A stretch of 32,000 bases of DNA, taken from NCBI RefSeq assembly GCF_000446015.1, contig NC_022093.1, positions 780,001 to 812,000 of the forward strand, in the 5' to 3' direction. Numbering within the stretch: position 1 is the first letter of the stretch; every line of letters begins with the position of its first letter. The notes beneath the pieces are model-generated. The model had not been told where the DNA came from. It was given only the letters and a program-made list of their open reading frames with translations, and ran no database searches. This document shows positions 1-9,219 of the stretch, one piece after another. Position numbers and translations under genes: made by a program. The DNA is from Thermofilum adornatum (lineage in GTDB: Archaea > Thermoproteota > Thermoprotei > Thermofilales > Thermofilaceae).

Positions 1-26
1 ATATACTTTCAAAGTGGAGACCCAGC

Positions 27-344
27 ATGCTAAAGATTGCTACCATGCAGTGGATATCTCCGGTGGCCAAGATAAAGCCAGACTACTATGTAGAAGAAGT
101 AAAGGAGTGGGTATGGTACCAGTATCCCTGGACAAGGCTAGAAGACACTACAAACTTTTTTGAGAAAATAATTTCTGAGCTCAAAAAAGAGGGCAAAAAT
201 GAAGTTCCTAGAGGAGAGATACTTCAGAGGTTTAGGGACATCTATGGGATAGACGTTGGGGAACACTATTATAGTCTGGCCTTCAGGAAGCTTGCAGGGA
301 AAGGAGTTATAGAACTTGTAGGAGACTGGGTCAAAATTAAATAG
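27..344 (+). CDS. hypothetical small protein, C-terminal half possibly winged-helix like
   Basis: 105-codon ORF with ATG at 27 (alternative ATG at 45). I recognise no catalytic motif. The C-terminal segment PRGEILQRFRDIYGIDVGEHYYSLAFRKLAGKGVIELVGDWVKI has a helix-turn-helix plus wing pattern. Confidence 0.45.
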   Translation: MLKIATMQWISPVAKIKPDYYVEEVKEWVWYQYPWTRLEDTTNFFEKIISELKKEGKNEVPRGEILQRFRDIYGIDVGEHYYSLAFRKLAGKGVIELVGDWVKIK

Positions 345-395
345 GGCTTCTTGTATTTCTTTTCAAAGCACTCTGCTTCACCGAGGATAGGCTTT

Positions 396-1355
396 ATGCT
401 TGAAATTACTGTGGACCACGGTGTGACACTACAGAAAGATGGGAAAGTAATTTTGCTAGATCCTACTCGCATGCCAAAGAGGTCTCCAAGCGTTATAGTA
501 GTCTCTCATGGCCATAGCGATCATTTCTCTTTAAAGGTTTTGAAGGCCTATCCAGATGTTCCAAAGATAATGAGTAGGGCGACACATGAGATAATAGACC
601 CAAATAAGAAGCTCAGAAACATAGTATATGTAGAACACGGCGAGACGATAGAAGTTGCAGGAATCGAGTTCAGCGCGTACAATGCTGGGCACATAATAGG
701 TAGTCTTCAGTTTTCCTTCAATTTCGACGGGAAAGATTTCGTTTTTACGGGAGATTTTAACCTCGAGAAAAGACTAATTCTCAAGCCTGCCCAGATACTA
801 AAGGGCGATGTTCTGATAGTCGATGCTACGTATGGTTCTCCTAGATATGTTTTTCCCAAACGTAGTGACCTATACAGAGAGATAGTAGCTGTAGCAAAGA
901 GGTTTTTCGAGGAGGGGTCGCCAATAATTTTTAAGGGGAGAAGAATTGGGACTGCACAGGAACTAGTTGCATTAATGAATGCATCGGTAGATGTCTTGCC
1001 CCTGGTGGAAGAAGTCGTAGCTAGGCACAACTCGGTATATGAGATGCATGGCGAATGGTTGGGCATGTATGCATACTGGAATGGACAGCCCCCAGACATG
1101 CCCCTACCCATTATTGCTGGCCTTAATTCAAGATCCGGAGGGAAAATCCCCAAATGCATATGTACAGGATGGGTAAAGGGAAAGCTTGCATTCCCCCTAA
1201 GTAGCCATGCCGACTACGACCAGATATTTAGATACATAAAAGAAAGCAACGCCAGCCTAGTCATTCCATTCTGTGGTTTCCGGAAAGAGCTGGCCGACGC
1301 GGTTTCTAGGGAGTTGGGGATAGAGATATCTTATGCAGATAAAACTAGGATCTGA
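396..1355 (+). CDS. metallo-beta-lactamase fold hydrolase, beta-CASP-like (possible RNA-processing nuclease)
   Basis: The track ORF opens with TTG at 351; the first ATG is at 396 (MLEITVDHG). It carries the HxHxDH signature VVSHGHSDHF, then NAGHIIGS and DATYG. The C-terminal PLSSHADYDQIFRYI resembles beta-CASP motif C. Confidence 0.75.
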   Translation: MLEITVDHGVTLQKDGKVILLDPTRMPKRSPSVIVVSHGHSDHFSLKVLKAYPDVPKIMSRATHEIIDPNKKLRNIVYVEHGETIEVAGIEFSAYNAGHIIGSLQFSFNFDGKDFVFTGDFNLEKRLILKPAQILKGDVLIVDATYGSPRYVFPKRSDLYREIVAVAKRFFEEGSPIIFKGRRIGTAQELVALMNASVDVLPLVEEVVARHNSVYEMHGEWLGMYAYWNGQPPDMPLPIIAGLNSRSGGKIPKCICTGWVKGKLAFPLSSHADYDQIFRYIKESNASLVIPFCGFRKELADAVSRELGIEISYADKTRI

Positions 1356-1362
1356 AGGTGTA

Positions 1363-2526
1363 CTAACCAATTTTGCTAACTGGTTCGGCATTGCCGTTGA
1401 GCATCATGTAAACTGCTAAGTACATTGGAACCTCTATGATCCCGTTTTCACCACTGTTAAAATAGTAATATAGAATTTTTCTGGGGAGAGGTGACAACCT
1501 CACCTTGACTCTTTCCTCTGAGAAAACAATGGCTCTTTTAAGAATAGTCTCGGAATCGAGGTTTTCTACTTCGTTGGGGCTTATAGTGAATACCTTTAGA
1601 CCGGTTTTCCCATGTAGGCTTCCAGGCAATCTTATAAGCCTCTTTATATCAATAGTGACCTTCTCATCTATTTTTACTGCTAACTCGTTAATGGCGGCTT
1701 TTATGTTCTGATGCCACCATTCAAAGGGCTTGCTTAATTGTTCAAGGTCTACGCCTCCATCTGTCTCATTGTTCAACAAAAGGTATTTCGCTATTCTTCC
1801 AGCCCAGCCCGGCGCTACCACATTATACCTGTAGCGGTAGTTTTTCCCGTCCCTTGTCAAAAACAGTTTAGTCTCTAGCCCTACGCCTCTAACATAGTCA
1901 GATATCTCCCTGCGTGCATCTTGATCTAGATCCCGTACGTCTTCGTTCTCTAAGTGGAGGTGAAAGCCTCTGTGTCCCGAAAACGTTACAAACATATCTG
2001 ACCTGCTGTATCCAAAGTCGTTCTCAAGTATATCTATGAGCTTGATAATTTCCTCGCGTGCATAATTTATACAAATGTCGCATACCCATTTTTCCCATTC
2101 TAGTTTATCACTGCCACATGAAGGGCACTTTTCCGTATAGCCCCACCCGCTTGCCCCACAGTTGAGACATTTCCAGTAATCATGTAGCTCTTTGCATTTT
2201 GTTGGTATGTGGTCTACGTCAATGTCAAAAATTAGGTCGGCTCCTAGCCATCCTTTCTCGTCCATATTTTCAGCAGATGGCCTCTGATAATATGCTGAGG
2301 AATAATAGATGTGCTGAGGGACGTTAGCCTTGATATACTCATTTAGGTCTTCTTTGTTATTAAACGATATATGTCTAATCATAGTTGAGGAGTCAAACTT
2401 AGAAAATGCGAACTCTCGCTGTGGAAGACTAGTAGGTGGATCTATACTGTTTCTCGAATAATACGAGGCAAAGAGTCTTCTCGCTATCCGGATTCGATAC
2501 TCTTCGCTACTGTATTTCTGCGACAC
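1363..2526 (-). CDS. priS: DNA primase small (catalytic) subunit PriS
   Basis: Archaeo-eukaryotic primase motifs DLIFDIDVDH and FSGHRGFHLH are present, with a Zn knuckle CLNCGASGWGYTEKCPSCGS. The start is GTG at 2526 and overlaps the priL stop by 20 nt. Confidence 0.9.
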   Translation of the reverse strand: MSQKYSSEEYRIRIARRLFASYYSRNSIDPPTSLPQREFAFSKFDSSTMIRHISFNNKEDLNEYIKANVPQHIYYSSAYYQRPSAENMDEKGWLGADLIFDIDVDHIPTKCKELHDYWKCLNCGASGWGYTEKCPSCGSDKLEWEKWVCDICINYAREEIIKLIDILENDFGYSRSDMFVTFSGHRGFHLHLENEDVRDLDQDARREISDYVRGVGLETKLFLTRDGKNYRYRYNVVAPGWAGRIAKYLLLNNETDGGVDLEQLSKPFEWWHQNIKAAINELAVKIDEKVTIDIKRLIRLPGSLHGKTGLKVFTISPNEVENLDSETILKRAIVFSEERVKVRLSPLPRKILYYYFNSGENGIIEVPMYLAVYMMLNGNAEPVSKIG

Positions 2527-3565
2527 GAGGAGGTCTACCCCGAGCTGCTCTAAAGAAGAACTGTAAAGGATGTCTTATGTTTTCACATTTCCATCTGCAA
2601 AGTCCGTATGAACGCATATTTTCACACTTGTAGGGGAGATACTTTGTCCTTGATCCTCTGAGCCCAGCAATGTGTTCAATCTGATACCTAGCTATATCTT
2701 CCCTGAAATCTGGTGTAACTTTAAAGACTTCTAGGACTTCATCCACGCTGAAGCCTATGCTGAGCAAAAAGCTTGCTAATGCAAATCTAGCGCTATGCGG
2801 TAGGTTTTTACCACTAGAAAGTTCACTTAATAATGAGCGTATACAGGGAGGGAATAAGTCCTCTTTTTTGCCACTATACGCGCTCCGAGCATATGCAACT
2901 AATTCTCTCCTTAGATTCGTCCAGGTAGCGGCGATGTCTTCGACGGTTTTGTAAAGACTTTCGGGTATCTTGCTTTCCTCTATGCGTGTCTTCTCGATGA
3001 GGTTCAAGACATATTTCTTAATGCCAGTTTCTACTAGCCTAGTAAATTTTTCTCGTGGGACTCTGACGAAGCCTTTACTCAAAAGTCTATTGACTAGTTT
3101 CCATTCTTCGGTATACTCGGGTACTCCTTGGAGATAGTGTTTGTAGTATACAAGGCTGTCCCCATTGCTGTCTAGGGAAATGTTCCAGCCCAACGTGTTG
3201 ATCGCTATGTGGAGGACTTTTTCTATGGGCTCTTTGCTTAGCTCGGCGCCTATACGTTTAGAGAAAGCGATCGCGAATTTTTCATTTAGGGCATCATCGC
3301 CGATTTCAGAGAGTAGTATCAGGGTAGTCAAAAATGACGCGACTTCTGTTCGATAGTCGTCTCCATGTATAGGGTACTGACCCTTCTCTATGACTGTGAG
3401 TATCTTTTCGCGAGCATTTCTCAGGAGCTCGGATCCAAGAGGGGTGTTCCCAATATCTTCCAAGGTTAATCCGAAAAGCCTTATGTCGTTGATAGCTTCG
3501 CGTAGAAAAGGATACTTTTTGTAGTCCTCGTAGTCTAAAACAACCTTGAGTGTTCTAGTCTCCAT
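2507..3565 (-). CDS. priL: DNA primase large subunit PriL
   Basis: The track ORF starts at TTG 3598 inside the PCNA gene; the first ATG is at 3565 (METRTLKV), 13 nt after the PCNA stop. It has the LFPPCIRSLL motif and a C-terminal Cys cluster (YKCENMRSYGLCRWKCEN) typical of the PriL Fe-S domain. Confidence 0.85.
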   Translation of the reverse strand: METRTLKVVLDYEDYKKYPFLREAINDIRLFGLTLEDIGNTPLGSELLRNAREKILTVIEKGQYPIHGDDYRTEVASFLTTLILLSEIGDDALNEKFAIAFSKRIGAELSKEPIEKVLHIAINTLGWNISLDSNGDSLVYYKHYLQGVPEYTEEWKLVNRLLSKGFVRVPREKFTRLVETGIKKYVLNLIEKTRIEESKIPESLYKTVEDIAATWTNLRRELVAYARSAYSGKKEDLFPPCIRSLLSELSSGKNLPHSARFALASFLLSIGFSVDEVLEVFKVTPDFREDIARYQIEHIAGLRGSRTKYLPYKCENMRSYGLCRWKCENIRHPLQFFFRAARGRPPRVAEIQ

Positions 3566-3578
3566 AAAATTCCTTTTA

Positions 3579-4319
3579 TTATTCCATTCTGGGCGCAAGC
3601 AGGTATTTCAGGGTGCCTCCACCGGCTATGTCAAAGGTCAATTCGAGAGGCATGTTTGTTGCGAAGCGTAGACCAAGTATGTCGCTTACTCTGTATGCCT
3701 TTGAAACGATTTTGTTTAGGAAATCTATTCCGTAGTTTGCCTCTGCAGTCTCCTTAACGTCTATCTCTACGAGGCTTCCGGTCTCGATTGAGAACCTGCT
3801 CTCGACTTCGCCTTTATCGCTCTTTGCGATGAGCCAGAGATTCTCATTCTCAGCCCTCATTTTTACAGTTTCAGATACAAGTTCAGCGTCTTTTAGGGCA
3901 TCCCTAAATGTGTCACTCAGCATTTTAGCCGCAACGGTGAAGTTAAGCTTTGGGCTGGGAAGCTCCTGCCCAGAAATATCTAAAAGGGGGAACCTGAACC
4001 TTCTTTCAGCTCTACCAGCAAGTGTAATGATAAGGCGTCCACCAGAAACTTCAAAGGAAATCTTATCATCTGACTTTGCACGCTTGAGGACATCGTTTAT
4101 GTCGTCAAGAACCACGCCGATTTTTGTGTCCTGCTCTACATTATATTCTTCAAACAAGTTTGCGGGGATATAAAGGTCGACCATCGCTACCCTGCCAGGG
4201 TCTAGGGCTCTAAGCTTCAAGCCGTCTGGAGAGGCCACAAAGTTGGCCTCATCTACGATTGTGGCTATGCTCTCGATAATATACTTCCATTCTCTTGCAT
4301 CTGGGAACACGAATTTCAT
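3579..4319 (-). CDS. pcn: DNA polymerase sliding clamp PCNA
   Basis: The product is 246 aa. The N-terminus FPDAREWKYIIESIATIVDEANFVASPDGLKLRALDPGRVAMVDLYIP follows the archaeal PCNA pattern. The gene sits directly upstream of priL and priS. Confidence 0.9.
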   Translation of the reverse strand: MKFVFPDAREWKYIIESIATIVDEANFVASPDGLKLRALDPGRVAMVDLYIPANLFEEYNVEQDTKIGVVLDDINDVLKRAKSDDKISFEVSGGRLIITLAGRAERRFRFPLLDISGQELPSPKLNFTVAAKMLSDTFRDALKDAELVSETVKMRAENENLWLIAKSDKGEVESRFSIETGSLVEIDVKETAEANYGIDFLNKIVSKAYRVSDILGLRFATNMPLELTFDIAGGGTLKYLLAPRME

Positions 4320-4410
4320 ATTTCATCCAGGATAATTATTAACTTCGAAATTAAAAGGATATTGCGTAATATACTGTGAAGTATACAAAACGGATTGGTG
4401 TCTAAAAATT

Positions 4411-4749
4411 CTAGGCGTATTCCCTGTAGACCTTGCGGCAACGTGTACAAATATAGAACCTTGTCGCGGGCTCGTCTCCAGCACGGGTCTGAAGTTCATA
4501 GACGTATGCCTTATCGTTCCCACAGTTTTCACACTTGAATTCTACAACTGGTAGAGTTGATACATCAACGTCTACAAGTGTAACTGTGTCTTTTGGATTT
4601 CTCTCGATCTTCTGGGAGAGCTTATAAGTGTTTGGATTGTTTCCCTCAGCTATATATCCACAATGTGTACATTTGAGCACTTTTTTCCCATTTAGTACTG
4701 TTGGAACCATTATTCCTCCGCACTTCGGACAAAACTCCACTGCAGTCAC
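4411..4749 (-). CDS. tfs: transcription factor S (TFS, RpoM/TFIIS-like)
   Basis: An N-terminal Zn ribbon CPKCGG...CTHCG is followed by a C-terminal ribbon CENCGNDKAYVYELQTRAGDEPATRFYICTRC. The second ribbon carries the acidic DE hairpin of cleavage-stimulating TFS. Confidence 0.9.
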   Translation of the reverse strand: MTAVEFCPKCGGIMVPTVLNGKKVLKCTHCGYIAEGNNPNTYKLSQKIERNPKDTVTLVDVDVSTLPVVEFKCENCGNDKAYVYELQTRAGDEPATRFYICTRCRKVYREYA

Positions 4750-4761
4750 CTAGAGTTCAGT

Positions 4762-5328
4762 CTATGCTTTAACGTCTTTAAAAGGTTTTCTGACATGGAG
4801 ATATGCGTCTACAAAGCTTGCAATGACGTGTTTTACAGAGTTAACATCGAGAGGATATGTCTTTACCATAAGGTCTGCAACTGAATAGTCCCGGATATCA
4901 ACCTTATAGTATCTCATGGCTCTCTCAGCATTGCTTTTTTCGCGAAGCTGTATCTGCGAGAGAGCCTCTTCTATTGAGATGGATTCTCTTTGTGCTATTC
5001 TTTCGGCTCTTATCCTAAGCGGTGCGTCTACTATTATTTTTATGTCGGCTATGTCCCTTAGGATCCACACAGCTAGGTGTCCCTCTATTACCACGTTTCC
5101 TCTTTTTGCCTCTTGCAACGCTCTCTCGTCTATCTCTCTATCAATGTCCTCTCGTTGCTCGGCTAGCCTATGCAGCTCTAAGAGGTCCACCCCCATCTCT
5201 TTTGCGAGTTCGCGGAAAAGCATTCCATTGGATACGAAACGTAACCCGTATCTCTCTGCAAGGAATCTGGCGTATGTCGTTTTTCCGCTGCCAGGTGTAC
5301 CGCTAACTGCAATTGTGAGGTTGCCCAT
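4762..5328 (-). CDS. cmk: cytidylate kinase (archaeal type)
   Basis: The track ORF starts with TTG at 5397; ATG at 5328 gives MGNLTIAVSGTPGSGKTT, a P-loop at the N-terminus. The gene lies immediately downstream of L34e, the conserved archaeal L34e-cmk arrangement. Confidence 0.8.
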   Translation of the reverse strand: MGNLTIAVSGTPGSGKTTYARFLAERYGLRFVSNGMLFRELAKEMGVDLLELHRLAEQREDIDREIDERALQEAKRGNVVIEGHLAVWILRDIADIKIIVDAPLRIRAERIAQRESISIEEALSQIQLREKSNAERAMRYYKVDIRDYSVADLMVKTYPLDVNSVKHVIASFVDAYLHVRKPFKDVKA

Positions 5329-5413
5329 GGTTTTTATAGTTCTCTCGCTTCTAAAAGTTTTTGGGCCCGAAGAACTTTGGACAAAAGAATAAAGCAAGAA
5401 CCAATATGATGCT

Positions 5414-5677
5414 TTAGATTGCCTTGTATATTGATATCTTTAGGGCTTTCTGTAGGCATTCGTGACACAGGTATCCGCCATATGGTCTAGAAGGCATTCT
5501 GACTCCACGCCTTTCTTCGCGTGCAGTAAGCTTAGGTATACCATGAAGAGGTCTGCCACATATGGCGCATCTTGGATAGTCGTGTTTCTTGTCGATTATG
5601 TGTAGGGATAGTCGTCCTCCAGGCGTTCTAACTAATTTGCGTTTCTTTGTTCTGGATCTTAAAGCTGGTCTAGGCAT
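5414..5677 (-). CDS. rpl34e: 50S ribosomal protein L34e
   Basis: MPRPALRSRTKKRKLVRTPGGRLSLHIIDKKHDYPRCAICGRPLHGIP matches the L34e N-terminal signature and Zn-binding segment. Confidence 0.9.
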   Translation of the reverse strand: MPRPALRSRTKKRKLVRTPGGRLSLHIIDKKHDYPRCAICGRPLHGIPKLTAREERRGVRMPSRPYGGYLCHECLQKALKISIYKAI

Positions 5678-5837
5678 AACCTCGCACCCAGAGCCTTACA
5701 CTGAAACTTATAGGAGGTTTATAAATTTTTCAATAATGCCCGGCGAACGACCGCAATATCGATGTGATGAGAAACACCAAACTTTTTATTGAAAAAGGAT
5801 GGCATTAATGAAAGTATCTAAGTGGTGTTAGCTAGAT

Positions 5838-7103
5838 ATGAGTGAGCCGAGACAAGTTACAGGATGGGTTTCCAATGTAAAGATTCTTGGTAAAATCGCT
5901 TTCATAGAGGTTATAGATGACCTAAGCCTGACACCAATAACTATTGTTGTAAAGAAGGAAACTAACAGCGAACTGTGGGAACTAGTCAGCAAGGTAAAAT
6001 TAGGCTCAGCCCTAAAAATCGAGGGAAAAGAGCCCCAACAAGTAGTAAGTAAAAAGGGACGAGAACTACACGCAGAAGAAGTACAAATACTAGCTGAGCC
6101 ACAAGATCTACTACCGATAGACGTAACCGGCAAGACACCAGCAAGCTTCGACGATTACATCAACTACAGGTACCTTGCATTGAGGTTGCCCAAGATCCGT
6201 GCAGTGTTCGTTGCTAGAAGCATAATTTTCCAAGAGGTTAGGAACTTCCTAACAAGCAGGGGCTTCCTCGAGGTGAACACACCAAAAATAGTTAAGGCAG
6301 GGGCAGAGGGCGGAGCTACATTATTCTCAGTAGACTATTTCGGCGAGAAAGCATTCCTCGCACAGAGCCCACAACTATACAAACAGATGCTAATGTGTGG
6401 AGTTCCAAGGGTCTTTGAGGTTGGGCCATTTTTCCGCGCGGAAAAATTCAGCACCACTCGGCATCTAAACGAGGGTTGGGGGCTAGACGTGGAGATGGGT
6501 TTCATAAACGATGTAAACGATGTACTTTCTCTTCTTGAAGAACTAGTTACGCACGTCAACAAGAGGCTAGTAGAATCTATGGGAGACCAACTCAAAAGCC
6601 TCGGTTTCAATATTATTGAGGACATGAAGCAATTTCCAAGGGTCACTTACGACGAGGCGCTAAAGATCCTCAACTCGAACGGCTTCGATCTAAAATGGGG
6701 AGAAGACTTTGACCCTAAGGCAGAGAAATTCCTAGGAGAGTATTTCCAGCAACAAGGCACACCAGCATACTTCATAACAGAGTACCCATGGGATTCAAAG
6801 CCTTTCTACATTATGCGGAATGGGCCACAAAAAAGTTATGCATTTGACCTGGACATTCGGGGAATAGAGATAGCCTCTGGAGGACAAAGGGAGCATCGCT
6901 ACAGTGAACTCTACAGGAACCTCGTCGACAAAGGCCTAGACCCAAATGACTTCAAGTTCTACCTAGACGCATTCAAATATGGAATGCCACCACACGGAGG
7001 TTTTGGACTAGGTCTAGACAGGCTAGTCATGGTTCTGCTGGGACTGCAGAACATACGTGAAGCAGTCTTGTTCCCGCGCGACAGGTTCCGTCTAGTCCCC
7101 TAG
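5838..7103 (+). CDS. aspS: aspartyl-tRNA synthetase (class IIb)
   Basis: An N-terminal OB anticodon-binding domain is present. Motifs are FLAQSPQLYKQ, motif 2 FRAEKFST and motif 3 GGFGLGLDRLVM. Discriminating versus non-discriminating specificity cannot be told from sequence alone. Confidence 0.88.
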   Translation: MSEPRQVTGWVSNVKILGKIAFIEVIDDLSLTPITIVVKKETNSELWELVSKVKLGSALKIEGKEPQQVVSKKGRELHAEEVQILAEPQDLLPIDVTGKTPASFDDYINYRYLALRLPKIRAVFVARSIIFQEVRNFLTSRGFLEVNTPKIVKAGAEGGATLFSVDYFGEKAFLAQSPQLYKQMLMCGVPRVFEVGPFFRAEKFSTTRHLNEGWGLDVEMGFINDVNDVLSLLEELVTHVNKRLVESMGDQLKSLGFNIIEDMKQFPRVTYDEALKILNSNGFDLKWGEDFDPKAEKFLGEYFQQQGTPAYFITEYPWDSKPFYIMRNGPQKSYAFDLDIRGIEIASGGQREHRYSELYRNLVDKGLDPNDFKFYLDAFKYGMPPHGGFGLGLDRLVMVLLGLQNIREAVLFPRDRFRLVP

Positions 7104-7119
7104 AATAAAGCCGATACCC

Positions 7120-7476
7120 ATGCAGACACGGGATCCGAGGGAAAACAGGGCTATAAAAGCAGTGCTTGAAAAGAGGGTAAAAAAGGTAAAGGTCAAGACA
7201 GGTTCTGGGGAAACATATTTCTTTATTGTTGAGGGGTCTCAGAAGGAGAAATTCTATCTAGTTATACCTGGCCTCTATTGTTCGTGTCCAGACTTTCTCT
7301 TCAGTGTAAGGTTCCGGAAGCGAAAAGAAAAATGCTACCACATGATGGCTGTAGACATAGCGCTGAAAGAAGGAAAATACGAAGAGATAGAAATGGATAA
7401 GGATACATTTCTAAGCAGGATAGTAAACACTTTGCTAGGCAAAGCTCCTGGAGGATCCAAGGGGAGGCGCAAATGA
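7120..7476 (+). CDS. SWIM-type zinc finger protein
   Basis: CSCPDFLFSVRFRKRKEKCYHMMAV fits the CxCx(n)CxH SWIM pattern. The stop overlaps the start of the next gene (ATGA at 7473-7476). Confidence 0.7.
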   Translation: MQTRDPRENRAIKAVLEKRVKKVKVKTGSGETYFFIVEGSQKEKFYLVIPGLYCSCPDFLFSVRFRKRKEKCYHMMAVDIALKEGKYEEIEMDKDTFLSRIVNTLLGKAPGGSKGRRK

Positions 7477-8858
7477 GCAAAACCGAAGACATCATCGAAA
7501 ATGAAATTTTGAAGCACACAAACATCTCTAAAGAGGAGTTAGAAAGAAAGATACAGGAAAAAATAGAGGAATTCGGGGGCATAATCAAGAGAGAGGCTGC
7601 CCTTATAGTCCTAGCAAAGGAGCTTGGCATCCCAATTCCGAGAGAAAACTTCTCACAGCAGTTATCCGCGTTGAGAATCAAAGACTTGGCTGTTGGATTT
7701 AGGGGAATAGACGTTGAAGGTATAGTTATCAGTCGGCAACCATTGTTGAAGAGCTCCGCCGGTAAAGAGTATTTACGCTTTGCTCTTGCAGATGAAAATG
7801 ATGCCATCTGGGTAATAGCGTGGGGTGAAAAAGCCCTAGAGCTCGATCCACAACTAAAAATAGGCCAGAAAATACTCCTGTCGAGAGCATCAGTCAGGAA
7901 ATACAGAGACAAAAAGGAAATCGTCTTAGACAAGAATTCTACGATTAGGATGCTCGAGAACATAGACACCTCAACAATCATGGAATTATCTAGAAAACTG
8001 GGATTCCCGCTGACGCTTGTAGAGGTTGTAAAAAGTTTTAGTGACGATACGGGTATAACTCTATACGGCTACAACAATGAATGTAGACCCTCAGCTGTGC
8101 GGGTCTTGTCCAAAGATCCACGTTTAAAGATAAGTGAAGGTGATACACTGCTTCTATCCAACTGTACTATAAACACGTTCGACAACTATTCTCAGGTGAC
8201 ATGTCGCCCCTCCTCCTACCTCCAGAAACTAGATAAAAAACAAACTTGCTTTGAAAGAGACATGGAGGAGCTATTTATCAGCGGAATTCTATTGGGTTAT
8301 GAAGTTTTCTCGAGGGAAGGTGGAAAGATCTACCTCTTGACGAACACGGGGGTCAAAAGTATTGTTTTTTTCCGAGACGAGTTACTGGCAGAGGCCTCCA
8401 ACCTTATACTTAGAGGAACACTTGTTTGGGGCTACAGGAAGATTGATGATGCGTTACGTGAAATCGCCTATACGAAGCTTGAGGGCGGCGAACAGATATT
8501 TCCAGCATTTGAAAGAAACAAGAGGTTTTTAGAGGTAGAAGGCTTCATAGAGACCCGTGCAAACATAGTAAGCATAGATCTTAACCGTAAATGCCGAGGT
8601 GCATACAACCTTTTCTCGATCTATGTGACACTAGATGACGGCACATCTACAATAAAGTTTCTTTCAAACTCCTCCAAGATCCTTCATGAAGTCTTTTCCA
8701 TGTCACAGGAAGAACTATGCGACTATACAAATGATGTTATCGAGGAAATTATAGCTTATAGGCAAGATGAGCTTGGGGGAGAGGAGGCGACAATAAGGGG
8801 ATACATAAGCCGTCGGCAACGGGTAAGCTTTCTGGTAGAGATATCACCAACCGTATAA
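7473..8858 (+). CDS. RPA-like multi-OB-fold single-stranded DNA binding protein
   Basis: The N-terminal helical segment NISKEELERKIQEKIEEFGGIIKREAALIVLAKELGI resembles the euryarchaeal RPA large-subunit N-terminus. It is followed by an OB-fold pattern LRIKDLAVGFRGIDVEGIVI...LADENDAIWVIAWGEKA...GQKILLSRASV. Confidence 0.65.
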   Translation: MSKTEDIIENEILKHTNISKEELERKIQEKIEEFGGIIKREAALIVLAKELGIPIPRENFSQQLSALRIKDLAVGFRGIDVEGIVISRQPLLKSSAGKEYLRFALADENDAIWVIAWGEKALELDPQLKIGQKILLSRASVRKYRDKKEIVLDKNSTIRMLENIDTSTIMELSRKLGFPLTLVEVVKSFSDDTGITLYGYNNECRPSAVRVLSKDPRLKISEGDTLLLSNCTINTFDNYSQVTCRPSSYLQKLDKKQTCFERDMEELFISGILLGYEVFSREGGKIYLLTNTGVKSIVFFRDELLAEASNLILRGTLVWGYRKIDDALREIAYTKLEGGEQIFPAFERNKRFLEVEGFIETRANIVSIDLNRKCRGAYNLFSIYVTLDDGTSTIKFLSNSSKILHEVFSMSQEELCDYTNDVIEEIIAYRQDELGGEEATIRGYISRRQRVSFLVEISPTV

Positions 8859-8901
8859 ATAAGGTTTATTTAGAACTTGAAAGAGTATTCGGTGACAGTT
8901 G

Positions 8902-9219
8902 ATGGGCAGGAGGAAGAGGAGACGTACACGTCCAGTAGCCGTAGTCAAGCGCAAGCTACCAACAGTTTTTCAGTGTCCACGATGCGGAGCTCAGGCAGTA
9001 AGCGTGACGGTTAAGAAAACAAAAGAAGAAAAATATGTCTTGGTTCGTTGTTCGAATTGTGGTCTAAGCATGCGTTACGACTATAAGGAGTACCTCGAGC
9101 CAGTAGATTATTTCAGCAGGTTCCTAGATGATTATGGTGAAGGGAAGATTTCCTCACAAGAGGAAAATATAGGTGGGGAAAATGGGGAAAGTGAAGAACT
9201 ACATAATGGAGAAAATTAG
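8902..9219 (+). CDS. Elf1-like zinc-ribbon transcription elongation factor homologue
   Basis: The basic N-terminus RRKRRRTRP is followed by KLPTVFQCPRCGAQAVSVTV...VRCSNCGLSMRYDYKEYLEPVDYFSRFLD, which follows the Elf1 C4 ribbon pattern. The tail is acidic. ATG at 8902 sits one codon after the TTG of the track ORF. Confidence 0.65.
   Translation: MGRRKRRRTRPVAVVKRKLPTVFQCPRCGAQAVSVTVKKTKEEKYVLVRCSNCGLSMRYDYKEYLEPVDYFSRFLDDYGEGKISSQEENIGGENGESEELHNGEN

Noticed and set aside
4323-4532. A 69-aa ORF bridges the TFS gene and the PCNA upstream spacer.
   Set aside because: It overlaps the well-supported TFS coding frame and extends into promoter-like AT-rich sequence. It has no motif and implausible composition.
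5764-5825. GTGATGA (a perfect C box) lies in the L34e/aspS divergent spacer, suggesting a C/D box sRNA.
   Set aside because: No CTGA D or D' box was found in the following 60 nt (only TTGA and CTAA). There is no terminal stem, and the region is more simply the bidirectional promoter (TTTATAAA at 5726-5733).
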